From positions 1 through 34,133 of the forward strand of contig CAYIQX010000003.1 of assembly GCA_964365675.1 (NCBI GenBank): 34,133 bases of DNA, given 5' to 3'. Origin of the DNA: an uncultured Candidatus Saccharibacteria bacterium (GTDB lineage: Bacteria > Patescibacteriota > Minisyncoccia > Sungbacterales > SURF-37). This document shows, piece after piece, positions 25,891 to 33,223 of this stretch. The stretch's first letter is position 1. The number at the start of each line of letters is the position of its first letter. The translations under genes were made by a program, and so were the position numbers. The notes beneath the pieces were generated by a model, which ran no database searches, had not been told where the DNA came from, and saw only the letters and a list, made by a program, of their open reading frames with translations.

Positions 25891-26361
25891 ATGAAAAAGC
25901 AAATTGCCGCAGTAGCGGTTTCGCTCCTTGCGGTCGCGTCCATTGCGTTCGCCGAAGAGACGCCAGCTCCCGTGCCTAGGCCGACAGCCAATGAAGGCGT
26001 CGGGTCGGAAATCAGCACGGTCAACCGTGATGTGGAGGAAAAGATAAAGACCTTTCGCCGCGAACTCGAGGAGCGCATAAAGGCCCTCCGCCAGGAGTAC
26101 GAGGCAAAGATCTCCGCGCTTCGCGACACGGCCAAGGCAAAAGTGAAGGCATTGCAGGAAAGGCGTAAGGAGGCGAAGCAAGAGGCCCGCCAGGAAAAGA
26201 AGGAAGAGAAACGGGAAAGCGCCGCTCAAAAGCTCCAGCAACGTTTCAAAAATATTTTCAAGCGAAAAGCGCCGGCGCCTGCTCCAGCGCCAGCTCCGGC
26301 TCCCCCTTCGACAAGCTCAGGGCAAGCGTCGCCGACACCCGCTCCTACCGCAACGCAGTAA
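25891..26361 (+). CDS. Secreted coiled-coil protein with a Pro/Ala tail
   Basis: Signal peptide MKKQIAAVAVSLLAVASIAFA; E/K/R-rich helix; (AP)n tail. Confidence 0.85.
   Translation: MKKQIAAVAVSLLAVASIAFAEETPAPVPRPTANEGVGSEISTVNRDVEEKIKTFRRELEERIKALRQEYEAKISALRDTAKAKVKALQERRKEAKQEARQEKKEEKRESAAQKLQQRFKNIFKRKAPAPAPAPAPAPPSTSSGQASPTPAPTATQ
26304..26327 (+). repeat. 24-nt mini-repeat in frame (PSTSSGQA)
   Basis: CCCTTCGACAAGCTCAGGGCAAGC, the same family as the outer unit at 18801. Confidence 0.7.
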
Positions 26362-26370
26362 CCCAGTTAA

Positions 26371-26397
26371 GAAATCCCGCCGCAACGGCGGGATTTC
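26371..26397. terminator. Bidirectional terminator-like hairpin
   Basis: Perfect 12-bp stem GAAATCCCGCCG-CAA-CGGCGGGATTTC between convergent genes. Confidence 0.8.
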
Positions 26398-26419
26398 AGT
26401 TTCGCCAAGACACATTCCC

Positions 26420-26962
26420 CTACCCTTTGAGCAGGTCTCTATATTCCCGCTCGAGTTTTTCTATTTTGGGTTTGATAATCGCTTGAGAATAGGGTTCGTC
26501 AGGGTTCCGCGCGTAAAAATTCTGGTGATATTCTTCGGCTGGCCAGAAGCGGTCGAGTTTTTCTATGCGGGTCATGATCGGAGCCGGGTACTTCTTTTGC
26601 TCGTTGAGTTTGGCGATACAGCGTTCGGCCTCCTGCTTTTGGCTTTCCTCGGTAAAGAAAATCACCGAGCGGTACTGTGTCCCCACGTCTGCGCCTTGCC
26701 TATTCGGCGTGGTCGGGTCATGCGCGCTGAAGAAAACTTCCAATAATTTTGTGAATTCGATTACGGCAGGATCGTATTCGACTTTGATAACTTCGGCGTG
26801 TCCTGCTTTTCCGGTGGAGACCATTTCATACGACGGATTTTCCATTTTTCCACCGGCATAGCCCGATAGGACCGAGTTCACGCCGGGCAGGCGTAAAAAT
26901 ACCGCCTCGGTGCACCAGAAACACCCGCCGCCGAAAACAATAGTTTCTATTGCGGCGGCCAT
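26420..26962 (-). CDS. msrA: Peptide-methionine (S)-S-oxide reductase
   Basis: GGCFWCTE; GYAGG; GHAEV; HDPTTPNRQGADVGTQYRS; AEEYHQ. Confidence 0.97.
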   Translation of the reverse strand: MAAAIETIVFGGGCFWCTEAVFLRLPGVNSVLSGYAGGKMENPSYEMVSTGKAGHAEVIKVEYDPAVIEFTKLLEVFFSAHDPTTPNRQGADVGTQYRSVIFFTEESQKQEAERCIAKLNEQKKYPAPIMTRIEKLDRFWPAEEYHQNFYARNPDEPYSQAIIKPKIEKLEREYRDLLKG

Positions 26963-26977
26963 ATACGGACAGGGCTG

Positions 26978-28165
26978 TTACCAGCGACGGCGGCCGAAGT
27001 GCCGCCGCGCGTTTTTCGGACGGAGCGGCGGCGGGAAGGCCGGGGCAGTTACATGGGGAAGATCTGGTAACTGTGACACCGGCAGGGGCTTTTGGATAAG
27101 GCGTTCGATGGCCCGGACCTCTGATCGCTCCTCGGGCATGGCGAATGAGATGGCATGCCCGCCGGCGCCGGCCCGGGCCGTACGCCCGATGCGGTGTACA
27201 TAATCCTCCGAGGTCGAGGGCAGGTCGAAGTTGAGAACAAGCTCAATGCCGATTACGTCAATGCCGCGAGAGGCGATGTCCGTGGCGACGAGGACCCGGT
27301 ATTTGCCGGACTTGAATCCGTCGAGCGCCTCGCGGCGCTGGGCCAGCGATCGGTTAGAATGTATCTCGGCGGCATTCGCGCCCATGGCGCGGATTTGGCG
27401 TACCACGCGCTTGGCGCCGTGCTTGGTGCGCGTGAAGATAAGAGTGGAGCCGGCGTGTTTCTCCAGCAGTTTCCCGAGAAGCCCGATCTTGTTCTCGCGC
27501 GGAACAATGAAGAGCTCCTGCGTTACGCGCTCCACCGTCGTGCCGGTCGGGGCTATCTCGACGCGGATGGGGAGTTTCATATAACTTGCGGCCACGCGCA
27601 TTATTTCGGCCGGCATGGTGGCCGAAAAGAGCATGGTCTGGCGGACTTTAGGCAATGCGGCGAGGATCCTTTGGATCTGCGGCATGAAGCCCATGTCGAG
27701 CATGCGGTCGGCCTCATCAAGCACGACGATGTTTACCCGATCGAGGCGCACGTTTTTTTGGTTCAAGTGGTCGATGAGGCGGCCCGGGGTGGCGATGATG
27801 ACGTGCGGATTTTTTCTCAAAGCCGCTACCTGCGGCGCCAATGAGAGGCCGCCGATAAGGACCGCGGTCCGTAGCCCAAGGGAGTGGCCTATTTTTCTTA
27901 AAACTTCTTCTACCTGCAATGCCAACTCCCGTGTCGGCAGTACCACGAGTCCCTGTCCCTTGGTTTGGGCCAGGCGCTGGAGCATGGGCAGGCCGAAGGC
28001 CAGCGTTTTGCCCGTGCCGGTCTGGGCAATGCCGACGAGATCCTTGCCCTCCACGGCGATGGGAATGGCCTGGGCCTGGATAGGGGTCGGGGTTTTGAAA
28101 TGCAGCCGCTGGAGAATTTCCATCAGCGCGGGCGCAATGCCTAATCCGTAGAAATCGTTTTGCAT
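26978..28165 (-). CDS. DEAD-box RNA helicase (RhlE-like)
   Basis: Q motif PTPIQ; AQTGTGKT; PTRELA; TPGR; LDEADRMLDMGF; SAT; HRIGRTARAG. Confidence 0.96.
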   Translation of the reverse strand: MQNDFYGLGIAPALMEILQRLHFKTPTPIQAQAIPIAVEGKDLVGIAQTGTGKTLAFGLPMLQRLAQTKGQGLVVLPTRELALQVEEVLRKIGHSLGLRTAVLIGGLSLAPQVAALRKNPHVIIATPGRLIDHLNQKNVRLDRVNIVVLDEADRMLDMGFMPQIQRILAALPKVRQTMLFSATMPAEIMRVAASYMKLPIRVEIAPTGTTVERVTQELFIVPRENKIGLLGKLLEKHAGSTLIFTRTKHGAKRVVRQIRAMGANAAEIHSNRSLAQRREALDGFKSGKYRVLVATDIASRGIDVIGIELVLNFDLPSTSEDYVHRIGRTARAGAGGHAISFAMPEERSEVRAIERLIQKPLPVSQLPDLPHVTAPAFPPPLRPKNARRHFGRRRW

Positions 28166-28192
28166 GTTTTTATATTCTCCGGCAGAAAACCG

Positions 28193-28214
28193 CGGCCTGC
28201 CAGCAGGCAGGCCG
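28193..28214. repeat. Short REP-like hairpin
   Basis: CGGCCTGCC-AGCA-GGCAGGCCG. Confidence 0.65.
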
Positions 28215-28265
28215 TATGGTATCTATATTGGCATTACAGGGGAGAGTTTACAACCGCGCGGGACG

Positions 28266-28556
28266 TCATCGTTTCCTGAGGATTATTTTGTAGACGTTCT
28301 CGAGAAAGTCGCCGCCGGCGTATCCGATGATGAAGGAAACGGCCGGTGTTACCGGACTGCCGAGGAAATCAATGCCGAGCTCCCGCACCGCCGCGGCCGA
28401 GAGCACGCCGACGATGCCGGAGAGGAACACCATTGCCAAAAAATACGGAACGCTGAATGAAACGTTCTTGTAGGAGAACTGATGTTTGATGAATCCGACC
28501 AGGCCGCGGGCTATGCCGCCGCCGAAGCCGGCTACGAGAAGGGCGGAGGGTTCCAT
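28266..28556 (-). CDS. Small 3-TM membrane protein (96 aa)
   Basis: AGFGGGIARGLVG; IIGYAGGDFLEN; TGCTATACT 7 nt before the ATG. Confidence 0.8.
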   Translation of the reverse strand: MEPSALLVAGFGGGIARGLVGFIKHQFSYKNVSFSVPYFLAMVFLSGIVGVLSAAAVRELGIDFLGSPVTPAVSFIIGYAGGDFLENVYKIILRKR

Positions 28557-28637
28557 TGCCCCGAGTATAGCACGCGATCGGCCGGGAGTTATTCGACCGG
28601 GTCTCTGCCGTATGGTATGAATAACTTTTCCCACGAT

Positions 28638-29330
28638 ATGACTGTGCCGAAGTTTCCCCGTTCTGAACAGTGGCGCGTTGTTTTTACCCGGCCATTCTTT
28701 TTGGTTTGGTTATCGCTTTCCGCACTATTGTTGACCGCCTCCTACCCACTCGGACTTGTACCGCGAGGCGTGTCAGAGTTCGGCGACAAGGTCGTCGCTG
28801 TCCTTAGTGGCAAGGATGCCGCCTCCGACTTACCCCGCGCCGGAACGCTGTCCAGCCCGGCCCTGGGCAATACCCGCATCATCATTCCCGGTATCGGGCT
28901 GAACGGGGCCGTGGTTTTTCCGAAAAGCGCTGGTCTTGATGTTCTCAATGCGGCCCTTCTCGAGGGGGCAGTGCATTATCCGGGTTCGGCATTTCCCGGT
29001 GAGGAAGGCACGGTATTTCTTTTCGGCCACAGTACCGGCTTGAAGGTGGTGCACAATAAGAATTTTGAGATATTTAATCGCCTGTCCGACCTTGAAAAGG
29101 GTGACATGATACGCCTTCGCTATGACAGCCGTGAATACTGGTATCGCGTGCGCTCGGTCGAACTAAAACGCACCGATGCCGCCGTCGTTGATCTCGCACC
29201 CAAGGGCGAGCGCCTGCTGGTGCTTTCGACCTGCGATGTATTCGGCGGGGTGGATGACCGCTTCATCGTTACCGCGGAGTTTACGGGGAGCTATCCATTG
29301 CAGGGAGGGGCGGCGGGCCATTCCTCATAG
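28638..29330 (+). CDS. Sortase family protein
   Basis: N-terminal TM; GAVHYPGSAFPG; FGHS (His); LSTC (Cys); DDRFIV (Arg). Start uncertain (28617 or 28638). Confidence 0.92.
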   Translation: MTVPKFPRSEQWRVVFTRPFFLVWLSLSALLLTASYPLGLVPRGVSEFGDKVVAVLSGKDAASDLPRAGTLSSPALGNTRIIIPGIGLNGAVVFPKSAGLDVLNAALLEGAVHYPGSAFPGEEGTVFLFGHSTGLKVVHNKNFEIFNRLSDLEKGDMIRLRYDSREYWYRVRSVELKRTDAAVVDLAPKGERLLVLSTCDVFGGVDDRFIVTAEFTGSYPLQGGAAGHSS

Positions 29331-29478
29331 CTATCGCGAGGCGCTTTTAAAATTTTTGCGGATTTGTCTTTGTATCATAGAAGCTGTAGCACGTGAGTCA
29401 AAGTCAGTCAGGGGCTCGGGCATAAAGAAAGCCGCCGTAGCAAGCGCGACTTTCTTTGTCGTCTTGCTCGGCGGCTGG

Positions 29479-29814
29479 TTACCGCCCGGCCGGGACTGCT
29501 TGCGCCAGTCCGTTCCTCCGCGCCATGACGGTCTGTAGCTCCTTCAGTTGCTCCGCCGTCGCCAGGTTCTGACGGATGAGGTCAACGGCCATGATGCGGA
29601 TGCGTCCGTCCCCCGAGGCATAGAGGACTGCTTTCGGGCAGAAGAACCACTGCTGGCCGTTGGCGGTCGGCACCTTGGCCCCGGCCGGCCGCTCATCGGC
29701 AACGAAGATCGTCGTCCCCGACTGCGTATAGACCTTGAACTTCCATTGCGGGCGATCGGTCCTGCGGTTGGTGCCGAGGGTGAAGATACCGATGATCTCG
29801 CTGGACTCGGGCAT
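29479..29814 (-). CDS. Orphan hypothetical protein (111 aa)
   Basis: SD AGGGGAGG; consensus promoter upstream; hairpin plus T-tract at about 29424-29477. Confidence 0.75.
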   Translation of the reverse strand: MPESSEIIGIFTLGTNRRTDRPQWKFKVYTQSGTTIFVADERPAGAKVPTANGQQWFFCPKAVLYASGDGRIRIMAVDLIRQNLATAEQLKELQTVMARRNGLAQAVPAGR

Positions 29815-29883
29815 TTCGGCCTCCCCTATACGTCCTTGTTAGGCGAAATACGGCGTTTTGGGCCAAAGGCGCTGTATAAGTAT

Positions 29884-29912
29884 ATTATACATAATTTAAA
29901 TACTTATGTCAA
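29884..29912 (-). promoter_or_regulatory. Perfect consensus sigma70 promoter
   Basis: Minus strand TTGACA-17 nt-TATAAT, directly preceded by TG. Confidence 0.85.
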
Positions 29913-30000
29913 TAGTACGTACAAATGGGGCGAGGTGGATAAAAAGTCAGTATCAGGATTTTCTTTCTGGAGTCAGTTTTGTGTGATTCGAGTAGTGCAA

Positions 30001-30037
30001 AATAAAAACGCCCGCCAGGTGAGTCACACCTGGCGGG
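30001..30037 (-). terminator. Intrinsic terminator
   Basis: 11-bp stem CCCGCCAGGTG / CACCTGGCGGG with AATAAAAA. Confidence 0.8.
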
Positions 30038-30043
30038 TACCTT

Positions 30044-30625
30044 CTAGTCCGCGCCGACGTTGTACTGGGCGAGCCAGCTATTGCTACCGCATCCTGGGCA
30101 CCGGTTTTCGAACCGGAATTCCCTGGCGAGCGCCACGTGCTGGCAGTAGCGGCAGTACTCCTGGCCGATATCCGCAGTGAGTCCTTCGGGAGCAGGGCCG
30201 GGCATCACCGTGGTGACGGGCCGTGGATAAAGCAAGGAGAGCGCGTATTCACCGAACTGCGTCCAGAGCCGGTCGTTCGTGACCCCCGAGGGAAAGTGTG
30301 GGTGGGTCCTCCCCTCGGCTATGACGTAGGGGTACTTCAGGATTCCCTCCGGCATCAGTGCCACCATGTACGGGCGGCCACTCCACATGTTCTCGCGCGA
30401 TGTGAGCGGGATCCCCGGAAACGTACCGACCTTGTACACGGCGTGATCGCCGAACTCGTCACTTGAGACGTGATGGCTGTGCGCGGTGGCAAAATTCATC
30501 GTGGGGAACTGGTTTCTCACTTCCCCCATCCTCGCCAGGATGACCGTCTTGATCGCCTGGGCCGCCGCCGAGATTATCGCTTGAACCTCGCGGAGTCGCC
30601 GAACTTCCGCCGCCACAGTAGCCAT
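30044..30625 (-). CDS. Orphan protein with a C-terminal zinc ribbon
   Basis: 193 aa; SD AAGGAGG; CRYC...CPGCGS. Confidence 0.75.
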   Translation of the reverse strand: MATVAAEVRRLREVQAIISAAAQAIKTVILARMGEVRNQFPTMNFATAHSHHVSSDEFGDHAVYKVGTFPGIPLTSRENMWSGRPYMVALMPEGILKYPYVIAEGRTHPHFPSGVTNDRLWTQFGEYALSLLYPRPVTTVMPGPAPEGLTADIGQEYCRYCQHVALAREFRFENRCPGCGSNSWLAQYNVGAD

Positions 30626-30669
30626 ACTGTGTCGCCTCCTTTTGAGAGTGCTTTAATCCATGAAGCAAC

Positions 30670-30933
30670 TCAGTTCACGTCAGCGGGTTTCCACCACACC
30701 TGACAGCCGTAGGTCACGCGTCCACTATCGAGGATGATTTTGGGGTTGTCCTTGATGGTGATGAGTTCGCCTTCGTGCTCGGCGATGAGTTCATCCGAAG
30801 GGCGCTCTTCGGCGTTCTGAAGACTGATGATACTGCCATCGGGCTTCGCAATGGCGTAGACCGTAGTATGCCCGACGAGGTTGCCGAAGCCGAGAAAACC
30901 CTTGTCTGCTCCCTCGAATACCTCGACTTTCAT
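30670..30933 (-). CDS. Orphan small protein, possibly phage-like
   Basis: 87 aa; SD AAGGAG; NPKIILDSGRVTYGCQVWW. Confidence 0.75.
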   Translation of the reverse strand: MKVEVFEGADKGFLGFGNLVGHTTVYAIAKPDGSIISLQNAEERPSDELIAEHEGELITIKDNPKIILDSGRVTYGCQVWWKPADVN

Positions 30934-31026
30934 TGTCCGCTCCTTTCCCGCCCTGGCTTACTTGTAGAGCGGGGTATGAATTTTTGCAAGTGGAGCGCAA
31001 CAGCTACGGCGTACCAGATGCCCTAG

Positions 31027-31055
31027 AGTGTACTTTGGAATTTCCTGCGCGTCAA
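31027..31055 (-). promoter_or_regulatory. Putative sigma70 promoter
   Basis: Minus strand TTGACG-17 nt-TACACT. Confidence 0.65.
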
Positions 31056-31127
31056 TTTGGGCATACTATCTAACTCCGCGCGCTTGAGGCATTTAGAACC
31101 GCAATCTGGCAGATTCCCGGCAACATT

Positions 31128-31188
31128 CTTGCCCGCCCGTAGCTTTCTTGTCCGCCATAGCTTTAGCGACGGCGGAAGCGAAGGCGGG
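31128..31188. repeat. Nested pair of 30-nt palindromic repeats
   Basis: CTTGCCCGCCCGTAGCTTT[CTTGTCCGCCATAGCTTTAGCGACGGCGGA]AGCGAAGGCGGG. Confidence 0.8.
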
Positions 31189-31222
31189 TCTCCCTTCAAG
31201 ATCGTGAATTATTGGTAGTATA

Positions 31223-31756
31223 TCACAGCTTACCAGCTTTTACTGGAAATGTGGGACTGCTTACACTGGCCAGTAAATTTTCAGAATCTTTTAAAAGCTT
31301 GGGGATGGGCATACTCAGCAAGTCTTGTGTATGAATCAAATTATCAGGCCTATCCTTATTAGAATGAGCAACAACTTTGTTGCGGGATTTAGTTATCTGC
31401 TGAATAATTTCCCCGAACTCAGCAAGAATACCATCCAAACCCTCAGGGAATTGCTTGTAAAATTCCGGAAATGCGGTCTTTAAGAAAGTTCTAAAAGTGA
31501 TTAGCGACAAAGAATCTCCACTTTTATCAAATAAACCGGCGATCTTTAAGATCAGATAATCTTTAAAAACCCTATCGTGTTGACCGAGTTCGTTGATATT
31601 ATCAGTTTTACCAGTACGCCAGCACTCATTAAGTTCGTTGTTAGTTTTCTTCAGATACTCAAAAGCATTTTTGCAATTTCCTATACCATAAGAAATCGAT
31701 CCACAATATAAGTCGTATTTTTTCTTTTTTTCGTGTATATCCATAATTGATTCCAT
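31223..31756 (-). CDS. HEPN-domain protein (AbiU2-like)
   Basis: 177 aa, helical; LILKIAGLFDK...SL; RNKVVAH matches the HEPN R-x4-6-H motif; AT-rich. Confidence 0.7.
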   Translation of the reverse strand: MESIMDIHEKKKKYDLYCGSISYGIGNCKNAFEYLKKTNNELNECWRTGKTDNINELGQHDRVFKDYLILKIAGLFDKSGDSLSLITFRTFLKTAFPEFYKQFPEGLDGILAEFGEIIQQITKSRNKVVAHSNKDRPDNLIHTQDLLSMPIPKLLKDSENLLASVSSPTFPVKAGKL

Positions 31757-33138
31757 TAATCCTCGTCTATTTCTTCTTTTCTTTTAATCACGCCGCTGTG
31801 TAGTAACATCGGGATTAAAATACCGTCTTGATATAGCTTCACGGTTGCTCCCCTTGCGTACTCCATTAATTTATCATCAGTTTCCTTCTCCATTAGATCA
31901 GAAACTTCTTTAAGTTCTTTCGGGGTTTTTGGATTATCTTTATTCTTAAATAAGAACTGCCGGACTTTATCCTTGGGCAATACCATAATCACAAATGCCG
32001 CAGGTAGCCAATCTTCCGGCGTTTCTGGCAATGGAGGTCTGGTCAGAAATTTTATTCTGCATGAGGTATAGTCGTATCTACTCTGTTTACATTCCATAAT
32101 CTCGCACAGATCACCCATTGCAAGTACCAAATCACCGGGACTAAAAACTTCCTTGAAGCGCTGTAGAAGTTTAGGGGCATCAGATGTTCCATCGCGGGCC
32201 ATTCTTCGTATTTGATCATTTGGGTCATCAAAATTCATTAATCTATTCGCACGACTGATTATGTGTTGTCCGAGCAAAGATATAAAGGATATATTTCGCC
32301 TTATTGTGTTGAATTTTTGGCGCCGTTCCGTTATCGGGCTACCTGCGGGGGCATGAACAGAAGCGCTAAAGTCGCCAAAAAACTTATCGTACGAGAGACC
32401 CAAAACTATTTTCTCGTCATCCGTAGCGTGTGGGAGTGCTTCCATAAATCTTTTCCGCACCGATTCAAAAATTGGGGGACTTTTTCTACGGTCCCAATCC
32501 CTTCTCAAAAACCAAATATTGGAAACTTTAAGCGTTTTTAGATCGTCGTGTATGCGATCCGAATATGTTTTTATAGAACTATCTATGTTGCCGCTTCTAC
32601 TCTCGTAAAATGTGCCGAAGTCAGATTGCCGACCAAGAAAATGCTCTAAGTTTTCTGAGTTAAGAAAAATTCTGTACGCCTCACCTCTATCAAAGTTAAA
32701 AAGGTTTATGAGATTAATAAGTGTTTCTATGTGTTTTCTTAAAACGATATGTTGTGAGTCAATTATTCCCTCAATAATTATTCGCCCAAGAGTATCAATA
32801 CTATCCTTTTGTGGCACTTCTAAAATATGTTCTTCGTTTTCTAACAAAGTTAAACTGGCTTTCATAATCTGCCGCGCATAGCCGTAAAGAAGAAGTTTTT
32901 TAGAATCCTCCGGTCCTGTCCACGCATAACGCGCAGAAAAGTAAAAATCGTTGTTTTTATAAAGTTTACCAAGTAAAACATTGGCTTGTTTTAACGGCTG
33001 AGAGACCCAAAAGTCTATTTCGGGATCAATAATAAGGCTTCTCTTTCTCCATTTTGAAATTCTCCCCTCTAATTTAAGAAGGAAATGATGCAATTTCTTC
33101 TTCCAGATAGGTATTTTTATTTCATCTGTTTTAGCCAT
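31756..33138 (-). CDS. 460-aa hypothetical protein with DUF5677/HEPN-like motifs and a C-terminal SH3/KOW-like segment
   Basis: LGRIIIEGII; Y-x6-S-x-x-VH (YDKFFGDFSASVHA); FSPGDLVLAMGDLCEI; TAATG overlap with the downstream gene. Confidence 0.6.
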   Translation of the reverse strand: MAKTDEIKIPIWKKKLHHFLLKLEGRISKWRKRSLIIDPEIDFWVSQPLKQANVLLGKLYKNNDFYFSARYAWTGPEDSKKLLLYGYARQIMKASLTLLENEEHILEVPQKDSIDTLGRIIIEGIIDSQHIVLRKHIETLINLINLFNFDRGEAYRIFLNSENLEHFLGRQSDFGTFYESRSGNIDSSIKTYSDRIHDDLKTLKVSNIWFLRRDWDRRKSPPIFESVRKRFMEALPHATDDEKIVLGLSYDKFFGDFSASVHAPAGSPITERRQKFNTIRRNISFISLLGQHIISRANRLMNFDDPNDQIRRMARDGTSDAPKLLQRFKEVFSPGDLVLAMGDLCEIMECKQSRYDYTSCRIKFLTRPPLPETPEDWLPAAFVIMVLPKDKVRQFLFKNKDNPKTPKELKEVSDLMEKETDDKLMEYARGATVKLYQDGILIPMLLHSGVIKRKEEIDED

Positions 33139-33158
33139 GTGGATAACCTACTTGTTAC

Positions 33159-33189
33159 ATTTTCGGTAAATTTTCGGTATACTGAAAAT
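33159..33189. promoter_or_regulatory. Candidate LexA operator in the divergent promoter region
   Basis: Direct repeat ATTTTCGGTA at 33159 and 33170 (TTCGG-N6-TTCGG). The second copy also forms the palindrome ATTTTCGGTA|TACTGAAAAT with one mismatch. Confidence 0.55.
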
Positions 33190-33223
33190 ATATCAAGTTG
33201 ATACGCAGAGCGCAATACCAACT

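Noticed and set aside
27155-28151. Long plus-strand ORFs opposite the helicase, and similar shadows at 1568-2200 and 29548-30180
   Set aside because: Antisense shadows expected in GC-rich coding DNA; no motifs or start signals.
31074-31105. tRNA gene or fragment
   Set aside because: Only a loose T-loop resemblance; no cloverleaf can be built.
33138-33146. Replication origin
   Set aside because: A single DnaA box with no cluster and no dnaA or dnaN nearby.
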